Assembly: GCA_018062445.1 (NCBI GenBank)
Contig: JAGOSG010000002.1
Span: forward strand, 1-58,673
Length of the DNA: 58,673 nt
Direction: 5' to 3'
From: Minisyncoccota bacterium
Lineage (GTDB): Bacteria; Patescibacteriota; Minisyncoccia; Phycocordibacterales; Phycocordibacteraceae
The notes beneath the pieces were generated by a model. The model worked only from the letters and a program-made list of their open reading frames with translations, was not told where the DNA came from and did no database searches. This document shows positions 53,432 to 58,673 of the stretch, one piece after another. The position numbers were made by a program, and so were the translations under genes. Positions within the stretch are counted from its first letter, which is position 1. Each line of letters begins with the position of its first letter.

Positions 53432-54843
53432 AGAGTCTCACCTATGAGGTCTCGGGCAATATCAAAAAGCGAACTTTCAGTGCGCTTAGGACTCATGAAT
53501 TGAACACCAACCGGCAATGACACTCCGTCACGAACCACCATATTCATTGGAACTGATATCGCAGGGATGCCTGTTAAGTTTGCTGGTGCAGCAAATATAT
53601 CTTCCAAATACATAGACACAGGATCACTTTTCTCCCCTATTTTAAATGCAGGCCCTGGCGTCGTTGGGGTCGCAATGAAAGAAACATTCTCAAATGCCTT
53701 CGCTAAATCATTGGCAATGACACTTCGAAGTGCAGTCGCCCGTTTATAGTACGCATCGTAATATCCACTGGAGAGCACGTACGCACCGAGCATGACACGA
53801 CGCTTAGTTTCAGCGCCAAACCCTCGAGCGCGTGATTGCTCATACTCATCGAGAAGATTTTTTCCCTCATGTGAAAGTCCATAGCGTATACCATCAAGGC
53901 GCGCCAAATTTGTAGACACTTCTGCTGGCATCACAATGTAATACGCTGCGAGTCCATACGGAGCGGAAGGAAATTCTATATCAACAATTTCATATCCTTT
54001 ACCACGAAGTGTATCTAAAGTTTTTTCAAAATTCTCACGAACATCAGGCTGTGCATCTTTTACGAATTCGCGCGGGACACCAATGCGCTTATTAGAAACC
54101 CGAGTCTCTCCTTGATTTGGCAATGTCGTACCATCGAGAGAATCTGACCCGCGAATAGTTTCGAACACAAGTTTTGCATCGTACACAGTTCGAGCAATAG
54201 GGCCTATCTGGTCTAATGAAGAACCCATAGCGATGAGCCCTGAACGCGACACTTCTCCGTAGGTTGGTTTTAGTCCCACAAGGCCACAGAGGCTCACCGG
54301 TTGACGAATTGAGCCACAGGTTTCAGAACCAAGTGCAATCGGCGCAAGATGCGCAGCGACGGCTGACGCTGAACCCCCAGATGAACCCCCCGGCACTCGC
54401 GTGATGTCATGTGGATTTTTTGTTACACCGTATGCCGAGTGCTCTGTAGAAGAACCCATAGCAAACTCATCCATGTTGGTGCGACCAAGAAAAAATGCTC
54501 CTGCATTTTTAAGGCGAGCAATCGCTGTTGCATCGTAGGTTGCAACATAATTCTCGAGCATCTTTGATGCAGCACTTACCTTCTTTCCCTTTATTAAAAT
54601 ATTATCTTTGACGGCAATAGGAATACCAGTGAGCAAATGTGCTCCAGCTCCCTTCTCAGTAAGAATTTTTTCAGCACGCTCGGCCTCAGCAACAACATCA
54701 TCAAATACCTCAAGATATGCGTTGAGTGTAGGATTCTCTTTCTCAATGCGAACAAGATGTGCCTTTGCCACATCAACTACAGAAAAAGTCTTGGCACGGT
54801 AGCCTTCTCCTAATTCCTTTACTGATAAATCTGTAAGCTCCAT
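53428..54843 (-). CDS. gatA: Asp/Glu-tRNA amidotransferase subunit A
   Basis: GIPIAVKDN, NMDEFAMGSSTE, PGGSSGGSA, GSETCGSIRQP, RVMLGAYVLSSGYYDAYY. Confidence 0.96.
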   Translation of the reverse strand: MELTDLSVKELGEGYRAKTFSVVDVAKAHLVRIEKENPTLNAYLEVFDDVVAEAERAEKILTEKGAGAHLLTGIPIAVKDNILIKGKKVSAASKMLENYVATYDATAIARLKNAGAFFLGRTNMDEFAMGSSTEHSAYGVTKNPHDITRVPGGSSGGSASAVAAHLAPIALGSETCGSIRQPVSLCGLVGLKPTYGEVSRSGLIAMGSSLDQIGPIARTVYDAKLVFETIRGSDSLDGTTLPNQGETRVSNKRIGVPREFVKDAQPDVRENFEKTLDTLRGKGYEIVDIEFPSAPYGLAAYYIVMPAEVSTNLARLDGIRYGLSHEGKNLLDEYEQSRARGFGAETKRRVMLGAYVLSSGYYDAYYKRATALRSVIANDLAKAFENVSFIATPTTPGPAFKIGEKSDPVSMYLEDIFAAPANLTGIPAISVPMNMVVRDGVSLPVGVQFMSPKRTESSLFDIARDLIGETL

Positions 54844-54845
54844 AA

Positions 54846-55136
54846 TCAACCCAACACTTTTTTAACCTTTACATAATCACCTTCTCTCCGTGGTGCTTGT
54901 ACCAAAAGGTCTTCGGTGTATTTACCAGCTTCGTGAGGATTCTCGTCTTCTCGCATTACATTCTCCAAATCAAGATGTGTTGATGTGTTAGATGTTTCCG
55001 GTAGTGGAACTTTTTGTATCACATCAACATACGCCACTATAGATTCAATTTCTCCTTGAAGCTTCGTGATTTCTTCATCAGTCAAGGAAAGACGCCCTAA
55101 AACGGCGAGCTTTTTAACATCGTCAGCACTGATCAT
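54846..55136 (-). CDS. gatC: Asp/Glu-tRNA amidotransferase subunit C
   Basis: DVKKLAVLGRL, NVMRED, YVKVKKV; adjacent to gatA. Confidence 0.92.
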   Translation of the reverse strand: MISADDVKKLAVLGRLSLTDEEITKLQGEIESIVAYVDVIQKVPLPETSNTSTHLDLENVMREDENPHEAGKYTEDLLVQAPRREGDYVKVKKVLG

Positions 55137-55141
55137 AGGAA

Positions 55142-57225
<2,084 letters not shown>

Positions 57226-57386
57226 CTAGAAGTATGTTTGTCAGCAACTTAGCACTTGCGAGCTATTGAACAAAGAACGCAGCACTTGTCCGGCATGCTA
57301 AACAATCCCCCACACCCTCCTTTACAAGGATAGACTCCTTCTGGGCCCGTCCGAGCAATGCTCACATCTTCATTCATAAATGGAAG

Positions 57387-57632
57387 TTACACCTTCTCAA
57401 CAGGGGCGGTGTTTGCAAAAGAAGGACCATTCTCTGTATATGCATCAGTTTTATGTTCTCCTGAAATTGCACGCACAAGCCACAAGCGCTCTTGTCGGAC
57501 AAGGAAGCCAAGCACCATAACAATAATTCCAAACAAAACAGTAAAGGCCAATTTAATACCATTTGGAAAACCGGTGAATGGTAAAAATGCGAGGAGAAAA
57601 CCGAGAACTAAAATAGTGGAGCCTTTTGACAT
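57387..57632 (-). CDS. Small hypothetical membrane protein (2 TM)
   Basis: LGFLLAFLPFTGFP..LFGIIV; lies 12 bp after the rsmI stop. Confidence 0.7.
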   Translation of the reverse strand: MSKGSTILVLGFLLAFLPFTGFPNGIKLAFTVLFGIIVMVLGFLVRQERLWLVRAISGEHKTDAYTENGPSFANTAPVEKV

Positions 57633-57644
57633 GCGGTAAGTGTA

Positions 57645-58322
57645 TCAAGGAGCGATGATGACAACAAACTCCCCTTTGCCTGAGATATCCCCATTTTTTA
57701 GGCGCTCCATTACTTCAAGTGCTGTGCCTCCTGCAATATGCTCAAACATCTTCGTAAGCTCCTTGGCAATAACCACATGTCTTTCAGGAACACGGGCGAC
57801 AAGCTCTTCCATAAGCTTTTCCATTCGGTGCGGAGATTCATACATCACGACGGCGCGCTTCATAAGAACAACTTCATCAAGTAATTTCTGTCTTCCTTTC
57901 TTATGTGGAAGAAATCCTAAAAAAACAAACTCGTCAGCAGGTATTCCAGAGCCTGAAAGTGCTGTCACCACGGCAGAGACTCCGGGAATCGGTACGACGG
58001 ATTTTTCACCGCACTTTTCACGGACTAACCTAACAATTAATGCACCGGGGTCTGAAACACCAGGAGTTCCTGCGTCAGTTACCATCGCAACATTCTGGCC
58101 TGACTCAACCATTTCCACGACCTTATCAAACTGTGCTCGTGATGAATGTGCGTGGAGCGGAAAGAGTGGAACATGAATATCATGCCTATCTAACAGCTTC
58201 TTCGTAACTCGAGTGTCTTCCGCAACAATTCTGGTAACACTCTTCAATGTCGAAAGCGCGCGGAGCGTGATGTCCTGCAAATTCCCTATTGGAGTTGCCA
58301 CTACATACAATATTCCAGCCAT
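57645..58322 (-). CDS. rsmI: 16S rRNA C1402 2'-O-methyltransferase
   Basis: LYVVATPIGNLQDITLRA, AEDTR, TDAGTPGVSDPG, YESPHR, KELTK. Confidence 0.95.
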   Translation of the reverse strand: MAGILYVVATPIGNLQDITLRALSTLKSVTRIVAEDTRVTKKLLDRHDIHVPLFPLHAHSSRAQFDKVVEMVESGQNVAMVTDAGTPGVSDPGALIVRLVREKCGEKSVVPIPGVSAVVTALSGSGIPADEFVFLGFLPHKKGRQKLLDEVVLMKRAVVMYESPHRMEKLMEELVARVPERHVVIAKELTKMFEHIAGGTALEVMERLKNGDISGKGEFVVIIAP

Positions 58323-58354
58323 GGCTCTACGGTATCACAACGGTAGTTATGGAA

Positions 58355-58480
58355 TTACCATTTCTCTTCAAAGGGTCTAACTTTAGAATCAACTATCTTT
58401 TTCGTGATAGCCCAAAAAAATCTACCGATTGGACCTTTCTCTCTTTTAATTTTTTCACTTGAGCCTTCTTGAGTAGACAT
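58355..58480 (-). CDS. Putative 41-aa small protein, below the ORF-track cutoff
   Basis: ATG...TAA frame MSTQEGSSEKIKREKGPIGRFFWAITKKIVDSKVRPFEEKW fills the murC-rsmI gap in operon orientation. Confidence 0.4.
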   Translation of the reverse strand: MSTQEGSSEKIKREKGPIGRFFWAITKKIVDSKVRPFEEKW

Positions 58481-58523
58481 ATAGCGATTATATTCTTTAC
58501 TAAACAGACCGCAAGTAATGAGC

Positions 58524-58673
58524 CTAATGGTCTATTAAGTGGTCAGCCACTTTATATATATCTCCTGCACCCATAGTCATCAAAATGGTGTTCGGTGCGG
58601 AAACTGAGCGGAGGTATGTTTCAACTTCTTCGAGTGAATGAAACGCCTGTGCCTGTTTACTAGTGGCGCGGAT
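58524..58673 (-). CDS. murC: C-terminal end of UDP-N-acetylmuramate--L-alanine ligase (partial, runs off the window)
   Basis: Translation ...EVETYLRSVSAPNTILMTMGAGDIYKVADHLIDH* carries the MurC-type MGAGDI motif. Confidence 0.7.
   Translation of the reverse strand: MRATSKQAQAFHSLEEVETYLRSVSAPNTILMTMGAGDIYKVADHLIDH

Overview
Chromosomal window from a reduced-genome bacterium, most likely Patescibacteria/CPR (Parcubacteria-like). This assignment is inferred from gene content, streamlined proteins, ATGA-type gene overlaps and a PaaX/Cas2-like regulator. Nearly all genes are on the minus strand. 1-23.7 kb is a surface-glycan locus: O-antigen-ligase/TPR protein, Wzx flippase, five GT4s, an exostosin-type GT47, RmlA/B/C, a DegT aminotransferase, an NDP-sugar C-methyltransferase, four more SAM methyltransferases and tandem YvcK paralogues. 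23.8-38 kb is accessory: lamin-tail surface protein, degenerate VirD4/HerA-like ATPase, and a PaaX-like regulator with three related 42-bp palindromes bracketing a secreted lipase-like gene pair, followed by LemA/TPM genes. 38-58.7 kb is mostly housekeeping: guaB, purN, metK under a SAM-I riboswitch, pilin, pyrG, ftsEX, a shortened prfB, six tRNAs in the window overall, gatCA, ligA, rsmI and the end of murC. The most striking unexplained signal lies directly 3' of four tRNA genes (Thr-GGT, Asp-GTC and two CAT tRNAs). Each has an antisense copy of its own tRNA's T-arm/acceptor end, split by an exactly 22-nt hairpin in an invariant A-[hairpin]-GT context. In three cases this is followed by a conserved, covarying multi-hairpin core and a sense re-copy of the tRNA 3' end. 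I do not recognise this as a named family. All alignments were done by eye; no database searches were run.
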